Shown: positions 50,654 to 60,082, counted from the stretch's first letter. The stretch: DNA of 64,000 nucleotides from an uncultured Candidatus Saccharibacteria bacterium (GCA_964434195.1 CAYSUI010000003.1:26181-90180); one strand, 5' to 3'. Translations and numbers: made by a program. The notes: generated from the sequence alone by a model not told the origin.

Positions 50654-51274
50654 TTGATAAAGTTTTCTTTATTATTGGGTATTAGCCTGTTTTTTTGTTG
50701 CCCTGAGGTAATGGCGCAAAAAAGAGCGAGTTGTGGAAGTAATTCCAAAGAATTCAATTCGCGTCCTTTTAAGACAATGCTTGTTCCAAAGGATAAAGTG
50801 GAGTCGACCATACGGCGATTGCCTTATGAGGAACAGGAAGATGCCCGAGCGAGAATAAGAGATGGTTGGCAACTGGGAGTAATCCGAGCTACGGTACATG
50901 CCACAGCATACCACCAGACTGGCAACCGAACCTCTACTCTCGTAAAGCCTGAGCAGAAACTAGGAGTAGCCGCGAACTTCCATTATTTCCCGCTCGCAAC
51001 TTTTATTTACATCCCTGAAGTGGGCTGGCGTCATGTCAACGACAAGGGGGGTCCTGCTGTACAGGGTTGGGAAATTGATATTTTCTTTACCTGTACGAAG
51101 GAGAGTTGTAAGTGTAGAAAATTTGGGAACAAGCACTACAAGGATCTGGTAGTTTTATTTCCAAGTAGACAGTATTGCCCTAGTGATACTGCTGTCTTTG
51201 AAAAACAATTACCACAGAAAACAAAGAACATGCAAAATTCAGGTAAAACTGTAGCGGTTAGTAGCATAAACTAA
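50654..51274 (+). CDS. Hypothetical secreted Cys-rich protein
   Basis: GGAGG RBS and a TTG start. Signal peptide. Multiple Cys residues in the C-terminal part. Confidence 0.5.
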   Translation: MIKFSLLLGISLFFCCPEVMAQKRASCGSNSKEFNSRPFKTMLVPKDKVESTIRRLPYEEQEDARARIRDGWQLGVIRATVHATAYHQTGNRTSTLVKPEQKLGVAANFHYFPLATFIYIPEVGWRHVNDKGGPAVQGWEIDIFFTCTKESCKCRKFGNKHYKDLVVLFPSRQYCPSDTAVFEKQLPQKTKNMQNSGKTVAVSSIN

Positions 51275-51285
51275 TTAACCAATAC

Positions 51286-51316
51286 AAAAACCGACCACGG
51301 GGTCGGTCTTTTTTTC
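51286..51316. terminator. Bidirectional intrinsic terminator
   Basis: A5-CCGACC-acgg-GGTCGG-T7. Confidence 0.8.
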
Positions 51317-52329
51317 TATCTTTTATTTATTAAATTTACAATGAGCTTTACCATGGTGTCTTTCTGAGCTGGACTACTCTCTGCTACTAATAAAGCGAGC
51401 GCTGCGAGGGCTGTGTCGTTTATTTTTCTTTCGCCCCTCTTGTTGTAGAGATAATTATTTTCTACTAGGTAGAGCAGGAACAGCAACGAACCGATTCTTT
51501 TGTTACCGTCGGCGAAGGGATGGTCTTTTATAGTGAAATACAGAATGTGGGCTGCGCGTTCTTCTATGCTTTCGTAAAGGGGTTTGCTTTGGAAAGTTTG
51601 TTCGACGTTTCCGAGAAGTGCTTTAAGTTTGAATTCGACTTCCCTACCGAATAGCTGACTCGCTTCCCTATTTTTAATGAGCCGGGATTTGAATTGCTCG
51701 ATGGATTTTTTTACTTTTTCGTAATTTAATTTATACGAAATTTTTTTAGTGACGTTTTCTATAGCGAGACTATCTTCGTCGTACTTATTTAGCAGGACCC
51801 AAGTATTGGCGTAGTCGGTAATTATTTTAAGTAAGTCTTTTTCATAACCGTCTATGCGGTTAGTCTCGAGTGCGTTTTGGAAAAGTTTTATGGTGCTTTC
51901 CAGTTCTTTAAGTTTTACTTCTTGGCGTTCTTTAAGACGGTCGGCATTAACTATGTAGCCTTTTAGAATGTAGTCGCGGAGTTTCTGGGTTGCCCAAATA
52001 CGGAACTGGGTGCCACGCTTGGACTTTACCCTGTAGCCAACGGAGATAATGACGTCGAGATTATAAAATGTAGTAGGTCTATTTATACTTATACCGGAAT
52101 TTCCGGTATTGGCTTGTTTAAGCGAAGTTTTTTCACGCGAAAGCTCCCCTTCTTTAAAAATATTACTTATGTGCTCGTTTATAGTATTAACGTCTTTCTG
52201 GAATAATTCAGCCATTTGTGCGGGCGACAACCAGACAGATTCGTTTGCAAGATTTACTTTAATAGTGGGACCGTTCGAATCTTTATAAATTACTATTTCA
52301 CCTTTTGGCTGTTCTTTTATTTCTCGCAT
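51316..52329 (-). CDS. RhuM/Fic-family protein
   Basis: N-terminal RhuM-type block (VIYKDSNGPTIKVNLANESVWLSPAQMAELF) and a C-terminal Fic motif HPFADGNKRIG. Confidence 0.75.
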   Translation of the reverse strand: MREIKEQPKGEIVIYKDSNGPTIKVNLANESVWLSPAQMAELFQKDVNTINEHISNIFKEGELSREKTSLKQANTGNSGISINRPTTFYNLDVIISVGYRVKSKRGTQFRIWATQKLRDYILKGYIVNADRLKERQEVKLKELESTIKLFQNALETNRIDGYEKDLLKIITDYANTWVLLNKYDEDSLAIENVTKKISYKLNYEKVKKSIEQFKSRLIKNREASQLFGREVEFKLKALLGNVEQTFQSKPLYESIEERAAHILYFTIKDHPFADGNKRIGSLLFLLYLVENNYLYNKRGERKINDTALAALALLVAESSPAQKDTMVKLIVNLINKR

Positions 52330-52429
52330 GTTTTTATTTGCTAGATAATCTTTAAATATATACTATACGTTCGTTCACCTTATTGCAAGGGCTAGTTATC
52401 CACAAAAAAGATAGAAAGTAGATTCTCGG

Positions 52430-53349
52430 CTATTGTGTGTTTTTTTCGATCGTTGCTAAAAGATCTCGCAGATCATTTGCGGTTGCTTGTTCAGCAGAGA
52501 TGATTTGTTCCTGGGTTGCTCCTAGCGAAGGAATGTCACTCGGGGACCAAAGGACGAAAATATTTTTAGTATATGACGCTCCGGGTCTAAATGTATCTCT
52601 TCGACCGGCGAACTTGTTCACTACTTCGGAAGACATGACTTTTCTTATCTTTGCACTTTGCATAATCAAACTTTCTGCCAATGGCACTTTAGTTAAACCG
52701 ATTTCTCCTGGGTACTTTGCATGCGGAAGTACGAGTAAATTCACATCTCTTGGGTTATAACCAGATTCTTTAATTATGTGTTCGGCAGGTAGCTGGTCTA
52801 GTCCCCCATCTGTATGGAACTCATTGCCCACTTCTTTTGTGTTTTTTGTTAAACCTGGAATGGTCATGGAGGCTTCTAGCACTTGCCAGAATTTTTCTTC
52901 GGACATTTCTTTTACCGAATGACTTACTAACTCCCCTGTCTTGGAATTGGTTGTCATTATATATGTACCGTGAGGCGTACTCCTTAGCTCTTCAAATTTT
53001 ATTGGATAAGGTCCATATTTTAATGTCTCCATTAAACCATGTATATCTACTGTTTCATTTGGTGAAGAAATTAATTTTCGCTCTTCAAAGAATCTCCTCC
53101 CTGAACCATGCAAAGTGCGTGCTCATGAGACAAATTCTTCATATTTTTTTTACCAATTTCTAAACTATCTTTTGATGTGGCATAGGATCCTATAGCTGCA
53201 CCTGTAGATTGCCCGTAGATTATATCTACTGCAACATCTAGCCCATGCTCAAACAAAACTTCCATTTGTGCAGCACCAATGGCCCCAGATGCCCCACCAC
53301 CACTTATTAAAATTATTGTTCGGACCTGAGAAAGCCACTTGGGACACCT
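52430..53349 (-). pseudogene. Patatin-like phospholipase, disrupted by a frameshift and lacking a canonical start
   Basis: A GGGASG oxyanion loop is encoded at about 53290-53310 in a frame with no ATG/GTG/TTG after the upstream stop. GxSxG (GQSTGA) lies in ORF 53071..53265. The catalytic DGG lies in ORF 52430..53113 in a different frame, with a 43-bp overlap. Confidence 0.55.
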
Positions 53350-53614
53350 TTAATGTGACAAGTTATGCTTGGCAAAATTTTTACTTAAAGACCCCTCGCA
53401 TAGTTTATAGCTAAATGAAATTTAGACCTACATTAATCATCGTATAATTTAAAGTTGTGGTATCTATGCACTTTATATGATCTTCTATAGAAAAATTAAT
53501 GCCTGCACTTATATACAAAAGAGATGAATCTATTTTTTAGTAAGGGTTTAAGAAATGCTCCGATAAATAAAAATAGAGAGGAATATATCCTACCGATATT
53601 CAACTCTCTAAAAT

Positions 53615-54757
53615 TTAGACTATTTCTTGAAACTCAGATACGGTAAGGCGGAGGTATTTTGGGTCGTCTATGTAGATACCTACCTCGGCCCACTGGGCTT
53701 CGGTGACGGCGGTGTATTCTTTTGTGGGCATGATACCGGGATGATCTCCGCGCGGGTCTATCCACCGTGTGGCGGCTTGGCCGTCGGTTTTTCTGCGCCA
53801 GCGGAGATATCTGACCGCTTCGACTCGGTACTTTCGCTGTGGGTCGCCGGGAGCAGCGAAACGAACCACTTCGTAGGTTCCGTCTCCCTGATCCACAATA
53901 ATAGTGGTTTCATAGCGTTTTTTCCGCGCGGTCTCGACGCGAGTCTCAAGATCGGCCGGTGGCTCGGTGAGGATAAGTTCAATTACCGAACCCCCTCCCC
54001 AACCGCGTCTGTCCGGACCTTCGCAGACTTTGACGTGTACACACCGGGAGCCGAAGATTTTTTGGAATTCAACCTTGAGGCTTGATTTGGCTTTCGCCGA
54101 ATCCACTAACCCCCAGCCACCACTGGCTTTTATGAATGTACTAGCTTTATTCGAACGTCCCTGTTGGAACGTGCCGTGGTTGTGCAGGCGGAGAAGGACC
54201 ACTTCCTCTTTTGTCATCCTCTCCGGTATTGGTGCCGGTGGCAGATCCACCTGGTTCCAGCCGCCAGGAATTTTTTCTATTGCACCTCCGGTCCAGCGAC
54301 GAAGGACTGGCGTCTCACCCCAACCGCACTGTGGGCAGTTGTTCGGGAATACCTTTTCGTGCCAGAGCTTAGTCATACGGAACGCGAGTTTGTAGTCACA
54401 GAATTCAGCGGGGCGAATTTGTTCGCCTGGATTGTAGCGGTAGCCGCAACCCGAGCAAAGGATTACGAGATAAGGTTCTTCTCCAGCGTTTTCGTCAGGA
54501 CGGACCACCGGAAGCCAACCTTTTTTTGTTTTTTCCCAAAGGTCGCGTTTGACCGTGCGGGTGAGTGTATCGCGCTCGAAACACACGAATTTCGAGTCTG
54601 GGTACTTACCTCCGTACTTCGAAAAAAAATCGAGTTCGTCTTGGACTTCCACGTAGTACTCATTTGCGAACCCGAAACCCGAGCGATACCCGTCCTCACC
54701 CGGAACCTTACTGCTGAAACTCTTGAAAAATACTGCACTTAACTTTGCCATATTCAT
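53615..54757 (-). CDS. Hypothetical zinc-ribbon protein, 380 aa, in the GC-rich island
   Basis: AAGGAG RBS. CSGCG...(36 aa)...CPQCG C4 zinc ribbon. About 55% GC. Confidence 0.6.
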   Translation of the reverse strand: MNMAKLSAVFFKSFSSKVPGEDGYRSGFGFANEYYVEVQDELDFFSKYGGKYPDSKFVCFERDTLTRTVKRDLWEKTKKGWLPVVRPDENAGEEPYLVILCSGCGYRYNPGEQIRPAEFCDYKLAFRMTKLWHEKVFPNNCPQCGWGETPVLRRWTGGAIEKIPGGWNQVDLPPAPIPERMTKEEVVLLRLHNHGTFQQGRSNKASTFIKASGGWGLVDSAKAKSSLKVEFQKIFGSRCVHVKVCEGPDRRGWGGGSVIELILTEPPADLETRVETARKKRYETTIIVDQGDGTYEVVRFAAPGDPQRKYRVEAVRYLRWRRKTDGQAATRWIDPRGDHPGIMPTKEYTAVTEAQWAEVGIYIDDPKYLRLTVSEFQEIV

Positions 54758-54874
54758 ACTGTCTCCTTATTGTTGATGTTGTTGATTTTGAATTCTTTAT
54801 TTAAATAGATGATTACCTTCCCCTACTTAAATAAAGGGGGGTGACAAAGATTGACTTCGTCACCTCCGAAAGAC

Positions 54875-56962
54875 TTACAGTTTTGAAGCAATGTTAATGC
54901 CATAGGTTTTTTCGACCTCGGCAATTTTTTCGCACTGCGCAAGCGTTAGGCCTGCTTTCGGGATGAAAGATTCTACTTCGGGATGTTCGTCTCGTTTCGA
55001 TTCTTTCTTCCAAGAGAAATACATCTCACCTGCCTCGCCGTCCACGAAATCCCACTCGTACCTACCTTCTGCCTTGCGGGGTCGGCAGTAGTTGCGATCA
55101 GCCTCGCGCTCGGTACCGTCGGCACGTAGAACATAACCACCGCTCCAGCCGCCCTCACAGTAGACCTCGAGTTGCAAGTAGATCTCGCCAGCCCTGTGAC
55201 GCTCGATGAGTGGGTCGAGGGAGTCCATGAGCGCGTCGTACTCCGCGACTTTCGCTAGAAATGCGTCGCGGAGTCCCCACTGATCTTCGACCGGCAGCTC
55301 GGCGAACTTCTTGCCTTGCTGTTCCTCCACAAAATTTTGCAGACTGCTACGCTGTCCCCAATTGAGGAAGTCGTAGCGGCCGTCGTTTTCGTAGAGGTCG
55401 AACAGGTCGTCCCAGGCTTCGGCGAGCAACGTGGCGATGGGCGCGTCGATTGGGTTTTCCGGCTCATGGTCCCACCAGGTGAACCACTCGCCTTCGAGTT
55501 GTTCGAATTCGCCACCGATGAGTTCGGCGTCTTCACGCGACATGACGAAGTGAAACTTGTCGTCGTACATGATTCGGCCGTGCGGTACGTGTTTTAGGCC
55601 TGGGTGGTTCTCGATGACTACCCAGGGTCCCGCGAACGAGCGGAGCGGCATGAGTGCTAGGATTTCATCCGTCAAACTTTCGGCAAACTTACTTACTTCG
55701 TCTGAGTCTGGAAACTCGAACGAAGCAATTTCCTTCTTCACCCAGCCGAGGATTTGCCGGCGAACCCCTTCGCGGGAAAAGTCTTCGTGTACGTCGAAGA
55801 TTCGACTATGTACGTTGGTTTTCCCGAGACCTTTTTCGTGATCCTCGCGGCCAAGCAACAGCTCGCAATCGTATTTGACGACCACGGCCGGATGGCGCTC
55901 GCTCCACGTTCTTGTGCTTGTGGTAAAGCCGCACAGCTCGTCACTGTCGCGGCCGTTCCACTCCGATACTTCCTCGCTATAGTAGAACGTCCACACCTCG
56001 GCCCTCACTTCGAACTTGCGCTCGCCTGCGAGTTGCGTGAGCTGCGGCAGCGCGCTCCAGGTTTTCACTTGGGTGATAAGCGCGTCCGCCTCGGCTTCGA
56101 AGCCGCCCTGAGCGGAAGCTTCAACTTTGGGGTATAGCCCGAAAGTTTTACCCCAAATTTCTTTTCCACCTTGAAGAACTTTCCAGCGCTGACTCACCCG
56201 CTCTGGTTGCTTGACCCAGCCGCGAGTTTGCAATTTCGGAGGATCAAAGGTAATTGGCGCTTCGAGTTCGAAACTGAGTTGCTCGTCGCATGACCTAACC
56301 TTGAATTCCCATCGCAGACGGATTTTAGCTTCGGCCAATTTCTCCTCCATAACTGTTGGCCAGACATTTTTCATGCTGTCCCAGCCTTTTCGTTCGCTCA
56401 CCACTTCATGCACGCCCAGATCAATTTTAGGAACCCAGCCGCGGCCGTTGATTTCGATTCTGACTTTTTGAATGACCCGATAGACGGGGCCATTCTCTAA
56501 GTCTGCGGAAACAAATTCGGCTCTGGGATTCTCTCCGCTGACGCTGACCGCGTACAGCAGCTCAAATCCGCCGCCGATATTGCCGCTACCGCCACTGATT
56601 GGAAGTGTGGCGCCGATGAGCGCCAGGACTTCCGTCGGGTTTTGCTCGAAGCGAAGTTTTTCGGATTCTTGCTTCGCGAGAATTTCCTGGCGGTTTTTTT
56701 CTTCCGCCTCAACCCTCTGCTTTTCGGCTTCGAGCTGTTTGTTGTGTTCCTCGAAGGTCTGAGCGCTCGTTGCGCTCCAACCTTTGTCGGTTTGCTCGGT
56801 GGAAATGACCCAAATCATTTTTCTCGCCAGATCTGATCCGGCGGGAACTTGGGGTGAGAAGGATTTACGGTGAATGAAAAACTTTTTTCCGCCGTACTGA
56901 AAAAAACCGAACCCTTTATCCGAGAACCACGTTGAAATCGTTGCCTCAAACTGTTGGTACAT
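54875..56962 (-). CDS. Hypothetical protein, 696 aa, with an N-terminal cold-shock domain, in the GC-rich island
   Basis: AGGGGG RBS 7 nt before the ATG at 56962. ISTWFSDKGFGFFQYGGKKFFIHRKSF is a cold-shock-domain RNP1 block. The next part is coiled-coil. The remaining roughly 550 aa are unrecognised. About 58% GC. Confidence 0.6.
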   Translation of the reverse strand: MYQQFEATISTWFSDKGFGFFQYGGKKFFIHRKSFSPQVPAGSDLARKMIWVISTEQTDKGWSATSAQTFEEHNKQLEAEKQRVEAEEKNRQEILAKQESEKLRFEQNPTEVLALIGATLPISGGSGNIGGGFELLYAVSVSGENPRAEFVSADLENGPVYRVIQKVRIEINGRGWVPKIDLGVHEVVSERKGWDSMKNVWPTVMEEKLAEAKIRLRWEFKVRSCDEQLSFELEAPITFDPPKLQTRGWVKQPERVSQRWKVLQGGKEIWGKTFGLYPKVEASAQGGFEAEADALITQVKTWSALPQLTQLAGERKFEVRAEVWTFYYSEEVSEWNGRDSDELCGFTTSTRTWSERHPAVVVKYDCELLLGREDHEKGLGKTNVHSRIFDVHEDFSREGVRRQILGWVKKEIASFEFPDSDEVSKFAESLTDEILALMPLRSFAGPWVVIENHPGLKHVPHGRIMYDDKFHFVMSREDAELIGGEFEQLEGEWFTWWDHEPENPIDAPIATLLAEAWDDLFDLYENDGRYDFLNWGQRSSLQNFVEEQQGKKFAELPVEDQWGLRDAFLAKVAEYDALMDSLDPLIERHRAGEIYLQLEVYCEGGWSGGYVLRADGTEREADRNYCRPRKAEGRYEWDFVDGEAGEMYFSWKKESKRDEHPEVESFIPKAGLTLAQCEKIAEVEKTYGINIASKL

Positions 56963-57253
56963 TAGTTGCCCCCTAAATATTTTCAAAGTTATTACCAATT
57001 TTAGAAATTCGATAGTTCTGCTCTGTTGCAGGTATTAAATTTCCAAAAAAGGCGGGGAGTACTTTATTCTCTCCTCTTACTGTTCTGTATAAGGAATTGA
57101 ATGTGAGCATTTTATTTTGAGTTTAAGCGTTAGTATACTATAAATTTATATAAATGTCAATAATATTGATACAAAATTATATATTTTGTAATATATATAA
57201 ATAAAAATAAGCTTTCTATGCTTGTTTTTATAAGTTATTTTGTAACAAATGTG

Positions 57254-57282
57254 TTTACAAAAATTATAGAGTGTGATATAAT
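57254..57282 (+). promoter_or_regulatory. Sigma-70-type promoter of the first TrmB-like gene
   Basis: TTTACA, then a 17-nt spacer, then TATAAT. Confidence 0.55.
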
Positions 57283-57311
57283 TACATTAGAATATCGATT
57301 AAATCTCATAG

Positions 57312-57333
57312 ATTCCCGAATGATTTCGGGAAT
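57312..57333 (+). promoter_or_regulatory. Palindrome ATTCCCGA-atgat-TCGGGAAT in the 5-prime UTR
   Basis: 8-bp perfect inverted repeat. It is the second of only two copies in the window. The other is at 26376-26395. Confidence 0.5.
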
Positions 57334-57355
57334 AACACAGGAGCAAATTAATACT

Positions 57356-58141
57356 ATGAATATTCCACACAACCATACTTATTTTGAACATCTTACCCTT
57401 GCTGGACTTACTTCTCAGCAGGCTTTGGTGTATGAGTCTTTACTTAGGGGTGGAGCTCGGGCGGCGAGTAAAGTTGCAAATGATACACATTTAGAAAGGG
57501 TTATTGCGTACCGTGTGCTCGACCAGCTTTTAGAAATGGGATTGGTAAATAAAAAGGACGACCCGGGTAAAGTGGCGCGTTTTGAAGCGGCGCATCCCAG
57601 CCGTATTCAGGAGCTTATTGAACAAAGAGAAAAAGATGCACGGACTGCAAAAGAGTCTTTTGCTTCGGTGCTTTCTTCTCTTTCTTCTGAGTACAGCTTG
57701 TCGGTTGGGAAACCTTCGGTGCAATTTTTTGAAGGACTGGAAGGAATTCGTACGGTGGCATTCGATAACTTAACTGCAAGAGGCGAGATACTCGCCTACC
57801 TCGACATGTCGGTTATTCAGGCGCATCTAAAAGACCTTAACGATGAGTATGTTAAGGTCAGAAGACGACTTAAAATAAAGAAACGAAATTTAGTTAATGA
57901 TACTCCGGAAAACCGCGTGTATTTAGCAGACTACCACCGTGATATTACAGATATTCGCTTAGTAGACCGTGCTCACTCCCCCATGCAGTTTAAGAGCATG
58001 CTTCAGATTTACGACAACAAAATTAGCTATATGACTTTTGAAAAAAACAAATACATTGGAGTTATTATTGAAGACGCGCATATCGCAGAACTACATAGAC
58101 AGCTGTATGAATTTACTTGGGAGAAAGCACGGGCATTATAA
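57356..58141 (+). CDS. TrmB-like HTH transcriptional regulator, paralog 1
   Basis: N-terminal wHTH (LTLAGLTSQQALVYESLL...) and a C-terminal effector-like domain. Paralogous to 60412..61173. Confidence 0.6.
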   Translation: MNIPHNHTYFEHLTLAGLTSQQALVYESLLRGGARAASKVANDTHLERVIAYRVLDQLLEMGLVNKKDDPGKVARFEAAHPSRIQELIEQREKDARTAKESFASVLSSLSSEYSLSVGKPSVQFFEGLEGIRTVAFDNLTARGEILAYLDMSVIQAHLKDLNDEYVKVRRRLKIKKRNLVNDTPENRVYLADYHRDITDIRLVDRAHSPMQFKSMLQIYDNKISYMTFEKNKYIGVIIEDAHIAELHRQLYEFTWEKARAL

Positions 58142-58150
58142 AACCCCGCG

Positions 58151-59317
58151 CTAGGCGGGGCGTGGTGCATCGGGTGGAATTTCTAGCTCTACTCTTGGTT
58201 CGCCGGTTTCTAAAGTAAAATGTCGTCCTTCTCTGAAACCCATTTTTATATATTTAGGAAGCATAGGTTGATTGGGACTGGTTATGCTTCTTATTTTTAT
58301 ATTTCTTTTTCGTTCATCGGTAAGTGTTTGGCTCAAAAATAACTCACCCACTTTTTCTTTCTGATAGCTTTTGCGTACATTAAACCCACCGGCATATATA
58401 CTCTTTACCTCTCCGTCTTCGCCGCGCTCGTCTATATAATAGACTCCGGCGACTATTATTTCTTTGTCCTTTAATACCGCGAGCTTTGCTTTGGGGTTAT
58501 TTTTGAGCTCATTAAATTTACGGTTTAGTTCTTCGATATACTCACTTGAAGTTTTTTCTTCCCCTTCTTTTGTTATCCAATTTTCTGTGTTTATTTCTAT
58601 GAGAGCCTGGATATTTTCTGGTGGTATATTGTTTCCGTAGTCAGATTCAATAGTTAGAGTCTTTATTTTATGAAGTGAAAAATCTGGATCGCTTTCTAGA
58701 GCGGCACGAATGGTTTGTGTGGTTAGCAGTGCGTCTGCGTTAATATGTGCAAGCTCTTTGGGTGATTGCTCGCTAGTTACATATGAAAGACTTATGCCTG
58801 TACCCTGATTACCGAGGACACGAGCTGCACGGTGTATAAGGTTTTGCTTTGCTAATGTACTTACTGCTCCTTTTTTGACATCTTCTGCCTGAAACGATTC
58901 CTCCACAAAGGTGTCGACTTTTTCGGCGTTGTCTAGAATTGCGTTAAACGTAGACATTAATTCGGATACTGCGCGAATGTCTCTTACGTTGCGGGTGAGT
59001 GAAACAAGCGTTAGGGCGTAGTCTTCACTTACTTCGGCTACAGAAAACCCACTTAATAACTCTACCTGAGTTTGTTCGGGCAGCCTTTGTATTCCGGAAC
59101 GGAGCTGTGCTGTTGCACCTGTTGGGTATTCTGCGTATTTCTGCAAAAATTTTGCTAAAGGAACTTTTGCGCGGTCTGGTATTTTGTAGGCTGTACTAAT
59201 ATTTAGTACAGCGTCTATATATTCTGTTTCTTTCCCTTCTTGGTATTCTAAAGATTCTGTTTCTGAAGGGACATAAGAGTCGTGTGGGTTATGTCCGGGA
59301 GTATGGAATTCAAGCAT
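58151..59317 (-). CDS. Hypothetical protein with a C-terminal GNAT-like acetyltransferase fold
   Basis: C-terminal block VRKSYQKEKVGELFL resembles the GNAT motif A (R/Q-x-x-G-x-G/A). The N-terminal roughly 280 aa are unknown. The start is chosen at ATG 59317. The track gives 59386. Confidence 0.45.
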   Translation of the reverse strand: MLEFHTPGHNPHDSYVPSETESLEYQEGKETEYIDAVLNISTAYKIPDRAKVPLAKFLQKYAEYPTGATAQLRSGIQRLPEQTQVELLSGFSVAEVSEDYALTLVSLTRNVRDIRAVSELMSTFNAILDNAEKVDTFVEESFQAEDVKKGAVSTLAKQNLIHRAARVLGNQGTGISLSYVTSEQSPKELAHINADALLTTQTIRAALESDPDFSLHKIKTLTIESDYGNNIPPENIQALIEINTENWITKEGEEKTSSEYIEELNRKFNELKNNPKAKLAVLKDKEIIVAGVYYIDERGEDGEVKSIYAGGFNVRKSYQKEKVGELFLSQTLTDERKRNIKIRSITSPNQPMLPKYIKMGFREGRHFTLETGEPRVELEIPPDAPRPA

Positions 59318-59363
59318 AAGTTTTATATTATAGAAATAGTATAGCGAAGAGTAGGAAGATATT

Positions 59364-59745
59364 AAAAAAGCGCAGCGGGTTAACACTGCGCTTGTTTAAT
59401 TTTCGCTACTTCCGGATTCTGGGCTCAATTATGTTAAGCGCACAAGAGGAAGCTTAACGTTGGTACGTAGCTTGATCAACCGGGAAAGCCCGACTCTGAT
59501 TCGCAAGCTCTTAAAAACTTGGGAAGCTTCCTTCAGGAGCAAAACCATTTCTATTTTCTGGTACTATAAATTCTCCTAACATTTATAGATTTTGATTTCC
59601 ATGACTTTACGGGTTGCACCTGTCATGGGCGGTTTAGAGCATTGTACTCCCTTTTCTAGATTCTGTTTAGAATCCAGGAAAGGGAGCGCGAAAGAAAATT
59701 CTTTCGCGGCCAATGTTTATAGCACATTGGCAAAGCGTAAAAATC
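59364..59745 (-). ncRNA. Candidate structured noncoding RNA or long regulatory leader, ending in an intrinsic terminator
   Basis: Minus-strand series of stable hairpins: CGCGAAAGAA/TTCTTTCGCG, CTCCCTTT...AAAGGGAG, CATGAC/GTCATG and CTATAAAT/ATTTATAG. The 3-prime end is AGCGCAG-loop-CTGCGCT followed by T6 at 59392-59364. No convincing ORF. Confidence 0.4.
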
Positions 59746-60082
59746 ATTCGGCAACGTCATATTTCCACATCGGGATTATGACGTAGTTGCCGCCCCAACG
59801 CTTGTTAGCAAAGTCAAATGCGTGACGGGCTTTGTGCCCGTCTTTGAAGGTCGATCTTACGACCAACCTTGTCATTAATTCTTCTATTGATTCCCAATCC
59901 CCTCTGGGGACCAGAAAGAATTCTCCGCAGCGAGTGGAAATGCTACTGAGAGCGTAGGCGCAGTTGAGTTGCGCCTCGAGGCACTCTTTGTGCCCTAGTG
60001 CTTCACAACCCAAACCACACTTGGTGGCCAAGGTTGTCATTTTTTTAAGCCACTCCATAGTTTCCTCGAATCTGTATGCCAT
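59744..60082 (-). CDS. Hypothetical small four-Cys protein, 112 aa
   Basis: AGGAGGA RBS. Cys cluster CGLGCEALGHKECLEAQLNC. Confidence 0.5.
   Translation of the reverse strand: MAYRFEETMEWLKKMTTLATKCGLGCEALGHKECLEAQLNCAYALSSISTRCGEFFLVPRGDWESIEELMTRLVVRSTFKDGHKARHAFDFANKRWGGNYVIIPMWKYDVAE

Noticed and set aside
53600-57000. The GC-rich island as an assembly chimera or contaminant
   Set aside because: Both flanking junctions are continuous AT-rich intergenic DNA, with host-style RBSs and inverted repeats directly abutting the GC-rich coding sequences. That argues for genuine integration rather than a mis-join. Read-level evidence would be needed to be certain.
59440-59480. RNase P RNA P4-like string CGGGAAAGCCCGACUC
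   Set aside because: Only a single short resemblance to GGAAAGUCCGGGCUC. The other universally conserved RNase P elements (ACAGAAcCCGGCUUA and the P4 partner strand) are absent, and the region is too short.
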